Assembly (NCBI GenBank): GCA_031257385.1 | Contig: JAIROT010000070.1 | Location: 1-45,146 of the forward strand | DNA length: 45,146 nt | Reading direction: 5' to 3' | Origin: Treponema sp. | GTDB taxonomy: Bacteria > Spirochaetota > Spirochaetia > Treponematales > Breznakiellaceae | Part shown: positions 17,889 through 28,452 of the stretch, piece after piece | Position numbering within the stretch: the first letter of the stretch is position 1 | Layout: every line of letters starts with the position of its first letter | The notes under the pieces: generated by a model | The model's database searches: none | Seen by the model: only the letters and a program-made list of their open reading frames with translations | What the model was told of the DNA's origin: nothing | Translations under genes and position numbers: made by a program

Positions 17889-20123
17889 TTATTCCCCGCC
17901 TTCTTCCACCGGCGGCCTCTCTTCTTCATCATTTTCCGCGCTGTGCAGGTAATCGCAAGCGGGGTTGATACAGGCCTTGTGGGAGCCATTTTTCTTGTCG
18001 TATTTTTCCACCATGAACTGGCCGCACTTGGGACAGTTCTGGTTGACGGGCTTGAAATGGCTGATAAAATCGCAGTCGGGGTAATTGGCGCAGCCGTAGA
18101 ATTCCTTGCCCCTGCCCCTGGTCTTGCGGGCCACCACATCGCCGCCGCACTTGGGGCATTTGGCAAGGGGTATGGATTTGGCATTCCGGCATTCGGGAAA
18201 ACCGGTGCAGGCAAGAAAAAAACCGAAACGTCCCAGCTTTTTCACCATAGGCCTGCCGCATTTATCGCAGACATGATCGGTCGGCTCATCCAATGATCCC
18301 TTGAAAGATTCAATGGTCTTGCCAACCTCCTCGACCGTTGTTTTGAAAGGGTCCCAGAATTCCCGGATCATGTCCGGCCAGCGGATCCGGCTTTCTTCCA
18401 CCTCGTCAAGTTTGGTTTCCATAGCGGCGGTAAAACCTGCGTCCACATAATGAGAAAAATATTCCACCAGCATGTCGTTTATCAATTTTCCCAAAATGGT
18501 CGGAACAAGCTGTTTGTTCGATCGCGTAACGTAATAGCGGTCCAGCAGAACCGAAATTGTCGGCGCGTAGGTTGAAGGACGTCCTATGCCTTTTTCTTCC
18601 AGCGTGCGCACAATGCTGGCGTCGGTATAACGGGGCGGCCCCTGGGTAAAGTGCTGTTCGGGATAAAATTTATCAAATTTGACTTTGTCGCCGGTTTTAA
18701 GCAGCGGATAAGGATTGCCTTTTTCCTCTTTTGAGGAGAGGAGCTTAATCACTTTGTAAAAACCTTTCTCGATCAGCTTGGTTCCGGCAACACGGAAGAT
18801 CCCCTCGTCTTTTCCTGAAACAACTTTTATATCCACGCTGACGGTGCGGGTTTTGGCGTTGTTCATCTGACTGGACACAAAACGTTCCCAGATAATCGTA
18901 TACAGGCGCAGTTGGTCCCGGTTCAAATATTCTTTTATCGAGTCCGGGGTATAGCTGGTATATGTGGGCCTGATCGCTTCATGCGCGTCCTGGACCTTTT
19001 TCCCCGGGGCATACTCGACCGCTTTTTCGGGAAAGTCGGCGGGGAAATGCTTTCCAAGCCATTCCCGCACATCGTCAAGGGCTGTCTGGGAGACACGTAC
19101 CGAATCGGTGCGCATATACGTGATAAGCCCCACCCTAGTGCTGCCGATGCTCACCCCTTCGTAGAGCTGCTGGGCTACCTGCATGGCCTTCCGTGAGGTG
19201 AAACCCAGCCGGTTCGCCGCGGCCTGCTGCAACTGGGAAGTGGTAAAGGGCGGCTTGGGCCGGATGGTTTTGTCGGTCTCCCGCACATCGGAGACCATGC
19301 AGTCGGCGCTTTTTATTTTGTCGATAATGGCCTTGACGGCGGCCTCGTTTTTCAGTTCCGGCTTGACGTTCTGCCATAACACAAGCTGGGCGGTGTAGGC
19401 TGATTTACCTGTCTTGAAATCCGCCTCAAGAGTCCAGTACTCATCAGGGATAAAGGTTTCCACTTCTTTTTCCCTTTCGCAGATAAGCCTTAAGGCCACC
19501 GACTGCACCCGCCCGGCGGAAAGGCCGTTTTTCACCTTCTTCCACAAGAGGGGTGAAAGGTTGTACCCGACCAGCCGGTCTAAAACCCGGCGGGCCTTTT
19601 GGGCGTCCACCAGGGCCTCGTCAATGGCGCGGGGAGTCGCCACCGCGTCTTTGATCGCCTGGGGGGTTATCTCGTTAAAACTGATCCGCTGAATGGGAAC
19701 CTTTTCCAGCTTGGCCGAAATGGCGTTTTTTAGATGCCAGGCAATGGCCTCGCCCTCGCGGTCATTATCACTTGCCAGCAGAACCATGTCCGCTTTCTTC
19801 GCGTCACCTTGAAGTTCCTTGAGTATCTTTGCCCTGCCCCGCACAGTGATATACTCAGGCTCAAAGTTATTTTCCGTATCAATGGCAAGCCGCGATTTGG
19901 GAAGATCGATAAGATGCCCCATGGATGCTTTGACACTGTAATCGGGGCCCAGATATTTCTCGATGGTTGCCGCCTTGGTGGGGGATTCCACGATAACGAG
20001 GATTCGTTTATCCTTCTCTTTTTTTGACGTTTTCTTTTTTGGAGCGGCTTTTTTGCCGTTCTTTTTGGGGGCGGTTTTCCTGCCGGCTTTTTCGGGCGCT
20101 TTTTCCGCTGTCTTTGCTGCCAT
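17889..20123 (-). CDS. topA: Type I DNA topoisomerase with Lys-rich N-terminal extension and C-terminal zinc ribbons
   Basis: IVESPTKA, DNDREGE, SAGRVQS, ITYMRTDS, GIGRPSTY and CxxC repeats. Start reassigned to ATG 20123 behind AAGGGAG. Confidence 0.95.
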   Translation of the reverse strand: MAAKTAEKAPEKAGRKTAPKKNGKKAAPKKKTSKKEKDKRILVIVESPTKAATIEKYLGPDYSVKASMGHLIDLPKSRLAIDTENNFEPEYITVRGRAKILKELQGDAKKADMVLLASDNDREGEAIAWHLKNAISAKLEKVPIQRISFNEITPQAIKDAVATPRAIDEALVDAQKARRVLDRLVGYNLSPLLWKKVKNGLSAGRVQSVALRLICEREKEVETFIPDEYWTLEADFKTGKSAYTAQLVLWQNVKPELKNEAAVKAIIDKIKSADCMVSDVRETDKTIRPKPPFTTSQLQQAAANRLGFTSRKAMQVAQQLYEGVSIGSTRVGLITYMRTDSVRVSQTALDDVREWLGKHFPADFPEKAVEYAPGKKVQDAHEAIRPTYTSYTPDSIKEYLNRDQLRLYTIIWERFVSSQMNNAKTRTVSVDIKVVSGKDEGIFRVAGTKLIEKGFYKVIKLLSSKEEKGNPYPLLKTGDKVKFDKFYPEQHFTQGPPRYTDASIVRTLEEKGIGRPSTYAPTISVLLDRYYVTRSNKQLVPTILGKLINDMLVEYFSHYVDAGFTAAMETKLDEVEESRIRWPDMIREFWDPFKTTVEEVGKTIESFKGSLDEPTDHVCDKCGRPMVKKLGRFGFFLACTGFPECRNAKSIPLAKCPKCGGDVVARKTRGRGKEFYGCANYPDCDFISHFKPVNQNCPKCGQFMVEKYDKKNGSHKACINPACDYLHSAENDEEERPPVEEGGE

Positions 20124-20133
20124 TTTTTCTCCC

Positions 20134-21159
20134 TTACAAGTCAATACCCAGGAACCGCGCCAAACCGGCGGCCAGGGCTTTTCCCCCGCCGCATTCCGCC
20201 GGGACATCCCGCAATTCACCATCCGCTGTTGAAAACGCCGCTTCTCCGCCTTCAATCTTCCAGTTCCATTCCCGCAAAATATCCCCGGCGGAACCGATGA
20301 TCCCCGCCCCGTCTTCCGCGAGTTTCGCCGTACCTCTTCTGTCATATAAGGCATGTTTCCCTTGTACGGCATAAGCGGCGGCTTCCGCGCCGGTCGAGGC
20401 AACCCAGAGATCCTTTCCCTGATCCAGGGACTGCTCCGCGGTGATCAAAGCGCCTGAACGTTCGGGGGCCTCAACAACGAGGATACCCCAGGCCAGTGCG
20501 GAAATCAGCCGGTTCCTCGCGGGAAAAGTCCACTTCCTTGCCCCCGCGCCCGGAGGATATTCGGAAAGCAAGGCCCCGCCATTATCCAAAATCCGTTTTG
20601 CCAGAAGCCGGTTTGCCGAAGGGTAGACCTCGTCCACCCCGGAACCAAGAACCACGAAAGTGGGGACGCCTCCCTCCAGGTTACCCCGGCTTGCCATGGC
20701 GTCAATCCCCAGGGCAAGACCGGAAATAACGGAGACGCCCTGCCGCCCCAGGTCCCTGGCAATATCGTAGGCCTGGGCCGCGGCCTGGGGACTGGGCCGC
20801 CTCGTTCCCACAATCGCCACAAGGCGCTTTTCCGGATCGGGGAGAGTTCCCCTGAAAAACAGGACCGGCGGCGGATCGTAAATCTCACGGAGCAGGGGCG
20901 GATAGGCCGGGGAAGCCCAGGATACCCAGCCAATCCGGCGCAGCCGCGCCGTTTTCGCGTCACGTTCCGCCTGAGTACGGAAAAGGGCGGGATTCCAGGG
21001 CGCTTTCAAAGTGCGGGAGATAATCTGCTCTATGGCCCCAGCGGAACTTTGGATCAAATCCCTTTCCCGGTTAAACGATTCGCAGAGAAGAATCCGCTCC
21101 GGGTAAGCCAGGCCGGGAAGCCGGGCGATAATCAGATCCAAAAGCCCCCGTTCATCCAT
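20134..21159 (-). CDS. dprA: DNA-processing protein DprA (Smf)
   Basis: YPPLLREIYDPP, VAIVGTR, SGLALGID, FPARNRLIS and VVEA..SGALIT motifs. Confidence 0.93.
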   Translation of the reverse strand: MDERGLLDLIIARLPGLAYPERILLCESFNRERDLIQSSAGAIEQIISRTLKAPWNPALFRTQAERDAKTARLRRIGWVSWASPAYPPLLREIYDPPPVLFFRGTLPDPEKRLVAIVGTRRPSPQAAAQAYDIARDLGRQGVSVISGLALGIDAMASRGNLEGGVPTFVVLGSGVDEVYPSANRLLAKRILDNGGALLSEYPPGAGARKWTFPARNRLISALAWGILVVEAPERSGALITAEQSLDQGKDLWVASTGAEAAAYAVQGKHALYDRRGTAKLAEDGAGIIGSAGDILREWNWKIEGGEAAFSTADGELRDVPAECGGGKALAAGLARFLGIDL

Positions 21160-21934
21160 ACATCTGTCTCCTTACAATTTCCTTGTTGTTCTGGGCTTCC
21201 GCCTTCACCTTGGGATCTTTGCTGCGGGCAATGATCCGGTCGTAGAGTTCTATCGCGCTGTTGTAGTCTTCGATCATATAGTAGGCGCGGGCCAGGACAA
21301 ACATCACCCGCACGTCGCTCGAAATAATTTGCAGATAACGGGTGAGATGGGGAATGGCCTCGGACGGACGATCCAGTTCAAAAGTATAGAGCACCCCCAG
21401 CCCGTAGCGGGGTTTGGGGTAATCGGGATCAAGCTCTATGGCCCGTAAGTAGGCGTTTTCCGAAAGGGTAAAAAAATGTTCCCTTTCCGTTTCGCCGTTT
21501 CCCGAAAAACCAAGAGAGGATTTTGCCGCCACTCCCGAAGAAACCCCGATAAGGTAATACAGGGTGGGATCTTCGGCGTCGAAACGCAAGGCCTGTTCAA
21601 GGGCGTCAAGGGCGTCGCGGTGCATACCCCGGTCTGCGAGCCTCGTGGCGAGGATCTTCCAGTAGACTCCGGTCTGCGCCCCTTCCTTTACGTTAAGCTC
21701 TATCCGGTCTTCGTAAAGGGCGATGGCTTTCCGTAAACCTTCAATGGTTTCAGGCGGCCCGCCCCTGGGACTCAGTTCGGCTATCCGCTTTGCCAGGTCC
21801 TGATGGACCTTGTTTTTCTCGCAACGGTAGACTACCGTCACCAAAATTCCAATCGCCAGGACAATGAGAATACCCAGAATAATCTCTTTTACTTTCTTCA
21901 CCCGCGTTCCCCTGTTCCTACCGGTTCCGTTCAC
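21152..21934 (-). CDS. Membrane-anchored tetratricopeptide repeat protein
   Basis: N-terminal TM helix, TPR-like repeats (AYLRAIELDPDY, FVLARAYY). Alternative start GTG 21901. Confidence 0.8.
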   Translation of the reverse strand: MNGTGRNRGTRVKKVKEIILGILIVLAIGILVTVVYRCEKNKVHQDLAKRIAELSPRGGPPETIEGLRKAIALYEDRIELNVKEGAQTGVYWKILATRLADRGMHRDALDALEQALRFDAEDPTLYYLIGVSSGVAAKSSLGFSGNGETEREHFFTLSENAYLRAIELDPDYPKPRYGLGVLYTFELDRPSEAIPHLTRYLQIISSDVRVMFVLARAYYMIEDYNSAIELYDRIIARSKDPKVKAEAQNNKEIVRRQMYG

Positions 21935-22850
21935 TGCCCGGAACCAGATTCTTCAATGTAGGCATATACCGGCGGTGGCTTTCCCTGAGCAGACTCACAT
22001 CCACGTGGGTGTAAATCTGGGTGGTGGAAAGATCCGCGTGCCCCAGGAGTTCCTGCACGGTCCGCAGATCCGCCCCTCCCGCCAAAAGCTCGGTGGCAAA
22101 GCTGTGCCTCAAAGTATGAAGCCGGGAACCGGTTCCCGCCAGCGCCGCGCAGCGGGAATAGTTCTTCCAGATACCCTTTCGGGAAAGCCGCTTCCCGCTT
22201 CTCGCGATAAAAAGGGCGGAACTCTGCCGGCCCTGAGCGCGTTTCCCGGCGAGACAGGGCCTGGCCTCCTGCAGATAACGCCTGAGCCATAGCGCCGCCT
22301 CAACGCCGAAAATCGCGATCCGCTCCTTGCTTCCCTTGCCCCTGACTTTTGCCGTCCCCCCGGCAAGATCAATATCCCGCACATTGAGGCCCACCGCCTC
22401 GGAAACCCTCAGTCCCGCCGAATAAATCAGTTCGTAGATCGCCCTGTCCCGCAGGCCCAGGGGACCGCGGGCGTCCACCACGCCCAGTAGTTCTTCCACC
22501 TTCTCCCTGCCCAGCACCTCAGGAAGGCAGGGCCGCCGCCTTGGACTCTCCAGCATGGCGGCGGGATTATCCTGCCTCATTCCCTCGTCGGTGATAAACC
22601 GGAAAAAGGAACGTAAACATGAAACCGCCTTTGCCGTTGAGCGGGAATCAATATGATCCGTTTCCCTTCGTTTTTCAAGATAGCCGGTGAGCTGCGAGGC
22701 GTTAACGGCAGCGACATCGATTTTTTCCAGTTCAAGATACTCCAGAAAACGGCGAATCTCAAGACGGTAAGTCTCGGCGGTCAGGGGAGAACGCCGTTCC
22801 ATAGCGATAAGCCGTGAACGGAAGCGGTCCAGCAGCAAGGGGTTTCCCAT
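21918..22850 (-). CDS. xerD: Tyrosine recombinase (XerD-like)
   Basis: LPEVL, RDRAIYELIYSAGLRVSE and HTLRHSFATELLAGGADLRTVQELLGHADLSTTQIY motifs; follows ftsZ. Confidence 0.82.
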   Translation of the reverse strand: MGNPLLLDRFRSRLIAMERRSPLTAETYRLEIRRFLEYLELEKIDVAAVNASQLTGYLEKRRETDHIDSRSTAKAVSCLRSFFRFITDEGMRQDNPAAMLESPRRRPCLPEVLGREKVEELLGVVDARGPLGLRDRAIYELIYSAGLRVSEAVGLNVRDIDLAGGTAKVRGKGSKERIAIFGVEAALWLRRYLQEARPCLAGKRAQGRQSSALFIARSGKRLSRKGIWKNYSRCAALAGTGSRLHTLRHSFATELLAGGADLRTVQELLGHADLSTTQIYTHVDVSLLRESHRRYMPTLKNLVPGSERNR

Positions 22851-22864
22851 TTCGGCACTCTTTT

Positions 22865-24088
22865 TCAGGCGTCTCTTCCGTCGGCGGCTTTTCGTTCCGC
22901 CGGTTCAAGGCCGTAACTGTGATCCCTGATTACCGTGGGAACATCCAGATCATCCTGATAATTCCGGTGGGGAAGGTAGTCCGGCCGCTTTATCCGCTCC
23001 CGCATCCGTTCAAATTCGGGATAATTGATAAAATCCCCGTCCCGAGGATTGGGATTTTCACCCGGATTTCCCCGTGCGCCCCCCCGGGCGGAAGTGTCCT
23101 GAAAACCGGTAGCGATCACCGTTACGCGAATATTCTCCCCGGTATCAGGATCGGAGCGTACGCCGAAAATTATTTCAGCGTCCGGGTCCGCCTTTTCCTT
23201 GATGGCAGCCATCACTTCGTTTATTTCCACCAGGGATATGCCCTGCGGACCGGCGATGTTCACCAGTATCCGGGTCGCCCCGTCTATTCTGGTATCTTCA
23301 AGGAGGGGATTGTCGATTGCGGCGGCGGCGGCGTCCTTGGCCCGGTTTTCGCCTCCTCCGAGGCCTATTCCCATGAGGGCGTCTCCCTGCCCCTTCATGA
23401 TGGATTCCACATCGGCGAAATCGGTATTGACGGTTCCGGTCTTGGTTATGAGGTCCGATATGCCCTGCACGCCCTGGCGCAGCACGTCGTCGGCCATCAG
23501 GCAGGCATGATCAAAAGAGGTGCTCCGCTCCACCATCTTAAACAGATGCTGATTGGGAATAATAATGAGAGTATCCACCGCCTCCCGCAGTTTTCTGATC
23601 CCCTCTTCGGCCAGCTTCATTTTGTAGCGCCCCTCATAGTCGAAGGGCTTGGTAACCACCCCCACGGTAAGCGCGCCCTGCTCCCTGGCGATTCTGGCGA
23701 TCACCGGAGCGGAGCCGGTGCCGGTGCCCCCTCCCATACCGGCGGTTACAAACACCATGTCCGAGTCCCGCAGGGTCTCGGCGATAAGCTCCCGATCCTC
23801 ATTGGCCGCGTCCTCACCGATCTGCGGTTTGCCGCCCGCTCCCCTTCCGCCCGTCAGCTTGGAACCGATTTGCAGTTTGATTTTGGCCTTGCTCTTGTTG
23901 TTAAGGTCCTGCACATCGGTATTTACCGCGATGAATTCAACCCCCGAAAGGCCGCTTTCAATCATGCGGTTTACCGCGTTTGAACCGCCCCCCCCGGTAC
24001 CAATCACCTTGATAACCGCCGGAACCGGTCCTTCTTGTGGTACAAACCGGACCACCGGTTCTTCTTCATGTACCGCGAAAATGTTCAT
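22865..24088 (-). CDS. ftsZ: Cell division protein FtsZ
   Basis: [25 protein letters not shown] and C-terminal DLDVPTVIR. Start set at ATG 24088 behind GGAGGAG. Confidence 0.98.
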   Translation of the reverse strand: MNIFAVHEEEPVVRFVPQEGPVPAVIKVIGTGGGGSNAVNRMIESGLSGVEFIAVNTDVQDLNNKSKAKIKLQIGSKLTGGRGAGGKPQIGEDAANEDRELIAETLRDSDMVFVTAGMGGGTGTGSAPVIARIAREQGALTVGVVTKPFDYEGRYKMKLAEEGIRKLREAVDTLIIIPNQHLFKMVERSTSFDHACLMADDVLRQGVQGISDLITKTGTVNTDFADVESIMKGQGDALMGIGLGGGENRAKDAAAAAIDNPLLEDTRIDGATRILVNIAGPQGISLVEINEVMAAIKEKADPDAEIIFGVRSDPDTGENIRVTVIATGFQDTSARGGARGNPGENPNPRDGDFINYPEFERMRERIKRPDYLPHRNYQDDLDVPTVIRDHSYGLEPAERKAADGRDA

Positions 24089-24137
24089 CCTCTCCTCCCA
24101 AACCACTTATTTTCGAGACGCCCCGCGCCTTGTTTCA

Positions 24138-25406
24138 CTAAAAAAATTCGTCTTTGAGCCATTTTCTGAGTTTCCCGAACAGGGCGGCCTGCCCTTTATC
24201 GGCCTGCCGCGCTTCCGCGCCCCGCTCCGGATCGGCCCTGCCGTCCCGGTCATTACCTTCAAGTACCAGGCCGACGGCGGTGGCATAGGCGGGATTACGG
24301 TACTCCTCAACCAGGCCCCCCAGGCCCGGCGCGGGAACGGGACTTCCCACTCTGACAGGCAGCTTCAAAATGCTGTGGGCAAGTTCTACCACGCCCGAAA
24401 GCTGCGCGCCGCCGCCGGTGAGAGCCACCCCGCCGCCCAGAGGCCGGCTCAGGTTCAGCTTGTCCAGTTTTTCCTTCACAATCTTGAAAATCTCCTCCAT
24501 GCGGGGCCGGATAATCGTGAGAAGCTGGGACCGGGGAATGGGCAGCGGCGGCCTCCCCCCGACTCCCGGTACAAGAATCTCCTCGTTATCCTCAAGCAAA
24601 GGCTCCCAGCAGCAGCCCGCGTCGAGTTTTATCTTCTCGGCGGTCTCGAAAGAGATATTTTTAATAATCGAAATATCGTTGGTTACCTGGGTACCCCCGG
24701 CGGGAATCGTGGATGTTGAATAAGGCGCGCCGTCGGTGTAAACCAGTACGTCGGTAGTACCTCCTCCAAGGTCGATAAGAACAACCCCCAGGTCCTTTTC
24801 TTCCGGGGTCAGAATGGAGCGCCCCGCGGCCAGAGACTGCAGTATCAGATCGGTAACCTTGAATCCGGCGCGGTTAACGCACTTGATGAGGTTCTGGGCG
24901 CTGGTAACCGAACAGGTAATAATATGCACCTCGGACTCAAGGCGCACTCCGATCATGTCAAGCGGATCCCGTATCCCCTTCTGATCATCCACGATGTAGG
25001 TCTGGGGAATCACTTCGAGTATCTGGCGATCCATGGGGATCACCACCGCTCTGGCCGCCTCAATCACCCTGGCGATATCCTCAGGTCCTATCTCCCTGGT
25101 CTCACGCTTTTTGCCGGTGATGGCCACCACTCCGCGGGAATTAAACCCGTCGATGTGACTGCCGCCGATACCTGTCCAGCAGTCGGACACCTCCCGGCCG
25201 CTCATCATCTCCGCCGCCTCAATGGCGGCGGAGACCGCCCTGAGCGTAGCTTCGATATTGACCACAACCCCTTTCCTCAAGCCCGTGGAGGGACACAGCC
25301 CTACCCCGGTTATCTCAAGGATCCCCTGTTCACTGCGCTCGCCGATTACGGCGCACACTTTTGTCGTCCCTATGTCGAGGCCGACAATCAATCCCTCATT
25401 CGCCAG
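24138..25406 (-). CDS. ftsA: Cell division protein FtsA (probable CTG start at 25406; ORF track gives TTG 25391)
   Basis: [22 protein letters not shown] and YATAVGL motifs; C-terminal amphipathic [14 protein letters not shown]. Confidence 0.95.
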   Translation of the reverse strand: MANEGLIVGLDIGTTKVCAVIGERSEQGILEITGVGLCPSTGLRKGVVVNIEATLRAVSAAIEAAEMMSGREVSDCWTGIGGSHIDGFNSRGVVAITGKKRETREIGPEDIARVIEAARAVVIPMDRQILEVIPQTYIVDDQKGIRDPLDMIGVRLESEVHIITCSVTSAQNLIKCVNRAGFKVTDLILQSLAAGRSILTPEEKDLGVVLIDLGGGTTDVLVYTDGAPYSTSTIPAGGTQVTNDISIIKNISFETAEKIKLDAGCCWEPLLEDNEEILVPGVGGRPPLPIPRSQLLTIIRPRMEEIFKIVKEKLDKLNLSRPLGGGVALTGGGAQLSGVVELAHSILKLPVRVGSPVPAPGLGGLVEEYRNPAYATAVGLVLEGNDRDGRADPERGAEARQADKGQAALFGKLRKWLKDEFF

Positions 25407-26214
25407 AGCGGGCCTCCTTAACTTTGTATGAACCTATGCCCGATCTAAAATCAATTTCCCCGGGGGCGGAATTCCCGGACTTGAACATGTCGAGCATAAG
25501 CATCACATAGCGAAGGGTTTCTTCGTTAAAATTGTCTCCCAAACGTACCTGTATGGGATAATGGACCGGATACAGCGCCAGATCAAAACCGTTAAAAGCC
25601 CTGCGGCTGATTCGTATCTCGGAAACCGCTTCCAGCAGTTCGGGAGCATCTTCCTGTATTTTAGCGAATTCCGCAAGAAGGGGGCCGAAGGCCGCGGGCA
25701 GCTTCATGCCCAGAACCGGGTTTTCCAAAACCAATCCTGAAACAAGGGGCAAATTCGCTGTCTCCCCGCCGCCGATTCTAAATACCACGCCGTACCTGTC
25801 GTAGTAGATAGGCAGCAGGCGGCCCTGAACCTCCGCCAGGGACAGGGCGACCGCCCTCCTCGGTTCAAGGAAAATCGAAAGCCGATCGGGGAAACGTTTG
25901 ATCACCCTGGCGGATTCAACCGGATAGTGGGCGGCAAGGACCTTCTCCGTCTCTTTGACGTTAACCGAAATGAACGAGGCCCCTTCGCGGATACCGGCAT
26001 AGCTTAAAACCTCCGCGCCGTCAAAACCGGTAAAGCCCCTGACTTCCACCGTTGACAGCGGTATGCAGGGGCTGACGACAAAAAGCCAGACAAGCTCCGC
26101 ACCCAGAATAATACCGGCGGTGATTAAAAGCCGTTTGAGGCCCTTTTCGACTTTGCCGGAAGCGGCGTTCTTGAGGGGGACATCAGCGTCGGCATAGATA
26201 AAATCACCGCCCAT
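25396..26214 (-). CDS. ftsQ: Cell division protein FtsQ/DivIB
   Basis: Single TM, POTRA-like segment (VESARVIKRFPDRL), C-terminal EIDFR; between ftsW and ftsA. Start ATG 26214. Confidence 0.85.
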   Translation of the reverse strand: MGGDFIYADADVPLKNAASGKVEKGLKRLLITAGIILGAELVWLFVVSPCIPLSTVEVRGFTGFDGAEVLSYAGIREGASFISVNVKETEKVLAAHYPVESARVIKRFPDRLSIFLEPRRAVALSLAEVQGRLLPIYYDRYGVVFRIGGGETANLPLVSGLVLENPVLGMKLPAAFGPLLAEFAKIQEDAPELLEAVSEIRISRRAFNGFDLALYPVHYPIQVRLGDNFNEETLRYVMLMLDMFKSGNSAPGEIDFRSGIGSYKVKEARSGE

Positions 26215-27364
26215 CCTGAACCTCCCAATCGACGTTACCCGCAACATCTTCCTTCCCCTGCCGGCTTACATTGACAATGAGTCCCGCGCAGACAAGAGTC
26301 GTCGCCAGCGAGGAACCTCCGGCGGAAAAAAAAGGCAGCGGTATCCCGGTGGCGGGAACCGAACCTGAAACTACCGCGATATTGACCAAAGTCTGCGACA
26401 CTATCGAAGTTACCAGCCCCGCGGCAAGGAGCCGCTTAAACAGGGAACCGGTCTTCCACGCCCCCCTGTATCCCTGGAAGGCGAATACCGCAAAGAGAAT
26501 AAAACACAGCGCCACCCCCAGAAAACCGGCCTCCTCGGCAAACGCGGAAAAAATAAAGTCCGAGTGAATCTCCGGCACGCTGGCGATTTTCCGCGTCCCC
26601 TGGCCGATGCCTTTTCCCCAAAAACCGCCGGACATGATCGTAAGCAGACTGGAACGGACCTGAAATCCCGCGCCCAGCGGATCCCATTCAGGCATGAAAA
26701 AGCTGATGAAGCGCCGTACGCGGTGTTCCTTGGTGAGGATCAGCAGCGCCGACACGGGCAGGAACATGATAGCCGCCGCGAAGAAATACCGGAAGCGCAG
26801 GCCGGCAAGAAAAAAAATCACCAGGGCGTTAACCACGATAAAGACCGCGGTGGAAAAATTGTTCTGCAAGTAGATAAGCGTAAAGAACAAAGTGGTAACG
26901 AGAACCGGCGGCAGCACACCGGAACTGAACACATCAATGCTCTCCCGCTTTTTATCAAAAATGTGGGCCAGGTACAGGGGCAGCACGAGCTTTACCATTT
27001 CCGACGGCTGATAAGTCCAGGATCCGATCCCGAACCAGCGGGACGCTCCGTTACGTGTTACCCCGATACCGGGAATAAAAGTAAGGACGCAGAGCACGAC
27101 CGTGCCCGCCACCAGGGGCCTGATCAATTTTCTCACCAGTTCAAGGTTTACCCTCGACATGATGAAGAAAAGCAGTATTCCCCCGGCGCCGTACAGGATC
27201 TGCCGGGAAATAAAATACAGGCCGTTATTAAAGAAACGCTCGGCAAAGGCGTAGGAAGACGAATACAGAGTCACCAGACCCACTCCCACCAGCATCAATA
27301 CGCTGGCGGTGAGCACGTGTTCCCCCTGCGGGGCTCCCGTCCTTTCCGCGTCGAACTGATACAT
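26204..27364 (-). CDS. ftsW: SEDS family peptidoglycan glycosyltransferase FtsW
   Basis: NGASRW, QPSEMVK, PEIHSDFIFS and TGIPLPFFSAGGSS motifs. Confidence 0.95.
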   Translation of the reverse strand: MYQFDAERTGAPQGEHVLTASVLMLVGVGLVTLYSSSYAFAERFFNNGLYFISRQILYGAGGILLFFIMSRVNLELVRKLIRPLVAGTVVLCVLTFIPGIGVTRNGASRWFGIGSWTYQPSEMVKLVLPLYLAHIFDKKRESIDVFSSGVLPPVLVTTLFFTLIYLQNNFSTAVFIVVNALVIFFLAGLRFRYFFAAAIMFLPVSALLILTKEHRVRRFISFFMPEWDPLGAGFQVRSSLLTIMSGGFWGKGIGQGTRKIASVPEIHSDFIFSAFAEEAGFLGVALCFILFAVFAFQGYRGAWKTGSLFKRLLAAGLVTSIVSQTLVNIAVVSGSVPATGIPLPFFSAGGSSLATTLVCAGLIVNVSRQGKEDVAGNVDWEVQDGR

Positions 27365-27372
27365 CCCTTCCC

Positions 27373-28452
27373 CTACTGTATCTTTAATGTCGAGAGGGCG
27401 ATAATGGCAAAAAGCCCTCCCAGTATCCAGAAACGGATAACCACTTTAGTCTCCGCCCAGCCCGAAAGCTCAAAATGATGATGCAGGGGGGCCATCTTAA
27501 ACACCCGCTTTTTTCGCAATTTATATGACGCCACCTGGATAATAACCGAGGCGATTTCCAGCACAAAAACCCCGCCAATAACGAGAATCAGAATCTCCTT
27601 TTTGATGATAAGGGAAAGGACCGCGACAGCCCCCCCCAGGGAGAGACTCCCCACGTCGCCCATGAAAACTTCCGCCGGATGGGTATTGAACCAGAGGAAG
27701 CCGATACAGGCCCCGGCGGCGGCAAGACAGAACACGGTCAGCTCCCCCGCGCCGGGAATATAGGGAATCCCCAGATAGGAAGAGTAATCGGTACGGCCCG
27801 TAATATAGGTGAGGAAGGCCAGGGTGATAAATACCAGTATCAACAGCCCCGCCAGAAGCCCGTCAAGGCCGTCGGAAAAATTCACCGCGTTGGATTCGCC
27901 GACTATGAGCAGCACCCCGAAGGGTATCCAGAGCGGGCCCAAATCAAGAACCGGGTTTTTGAAGAAGGGGATGTACAGGGCCGTTACGTGGTCCCCGCCC
28001 GAAAAATAAAGGTAGAGTACCGCCGCGACGGCGACGGCGAACTGCCCGGCGAGTTTTCCCCAGACGGGAAGCCCCCTGGAATCATGGCGGCTGACTTTGA
28101 GGTAATCGTCAACAAAACCGATGGCCCCAAAGGCGACAAAGGTTCCGACGGTAAGCCAGGTCATTGTATTGCCCAAATCCCCCCAGAGCAGCATTGCTAT
28201 CAGCACCGAAAGGATAATAAACACTCCTCCCATGGTCGGGGTTCCGGTTTTTGCCAGATGAGCCGCGGGGCCGTCGTCCCTGACGGACTGTCCTATCTTC
28301 AAACTCCGCAGAGCCTCAATAATCCGGCCGCCGAAAATGAAACAGATAAGGAGCGTGGTCAGCGCCGCGTAAGCTCCGCGGAACGTTAGATAGAGAAAGA
28401 CATTGAAGGGGGTAAAGTATTTTACCAGAGGGTAGATGAATTCCAGAAACAT
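27373..28452 (-). CDS. mraY: Phospho-N-acetylmuramoyl-pentapeptide transferase
   Basis: KTGTPTMGG, DDYLK, NAVNFSDGLDGL, VFMGDVGS and MAPLHHHFE motifs. Confidence 0.97.
   Translation of the reverse strand: MFLEFIYPLVKYFTPFNVFLYLTFRGAYAALTTLLICFIFGGRIIEALRSLKIGQSVRDDGPAAHLAKTGTPTMGGVFIILSVLIAMLLWGDLGNTMTWLTVGTFVAFGAIGFVDDYLKVSRHDSRGLPVWGKLAGQFAVAVAAVLYLYFSGGDHVTALYIPFFKNPVLDLGPLWIPFGVLLIVGESNAVNFSDGLDGLLAGLLILVFITLAFLTYITGRTDYSSYLGIPYIPGAGELTVFCLAAAGACIGFLWFNTHPAEVFMGDVGSLSLGGAVAVLSLIIKKEILILVIGGVFVLEIASVIIQVASYKLRKKRVFKMAPLHHHFELSGWAETKVVIRFWILGGLFAIIALSTLKIQ

Noticed and set aside
16846-22850. Two tyrosine recombinases as integrases bounding a genomic island
   Set aside because: They look like housekeeping XerC/XerD in the conserved treponemal ftsZ-xer-dprA-topA-xer-hslVU order. 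The enclosed genes are core, and no att sites or compositional shift were seen.
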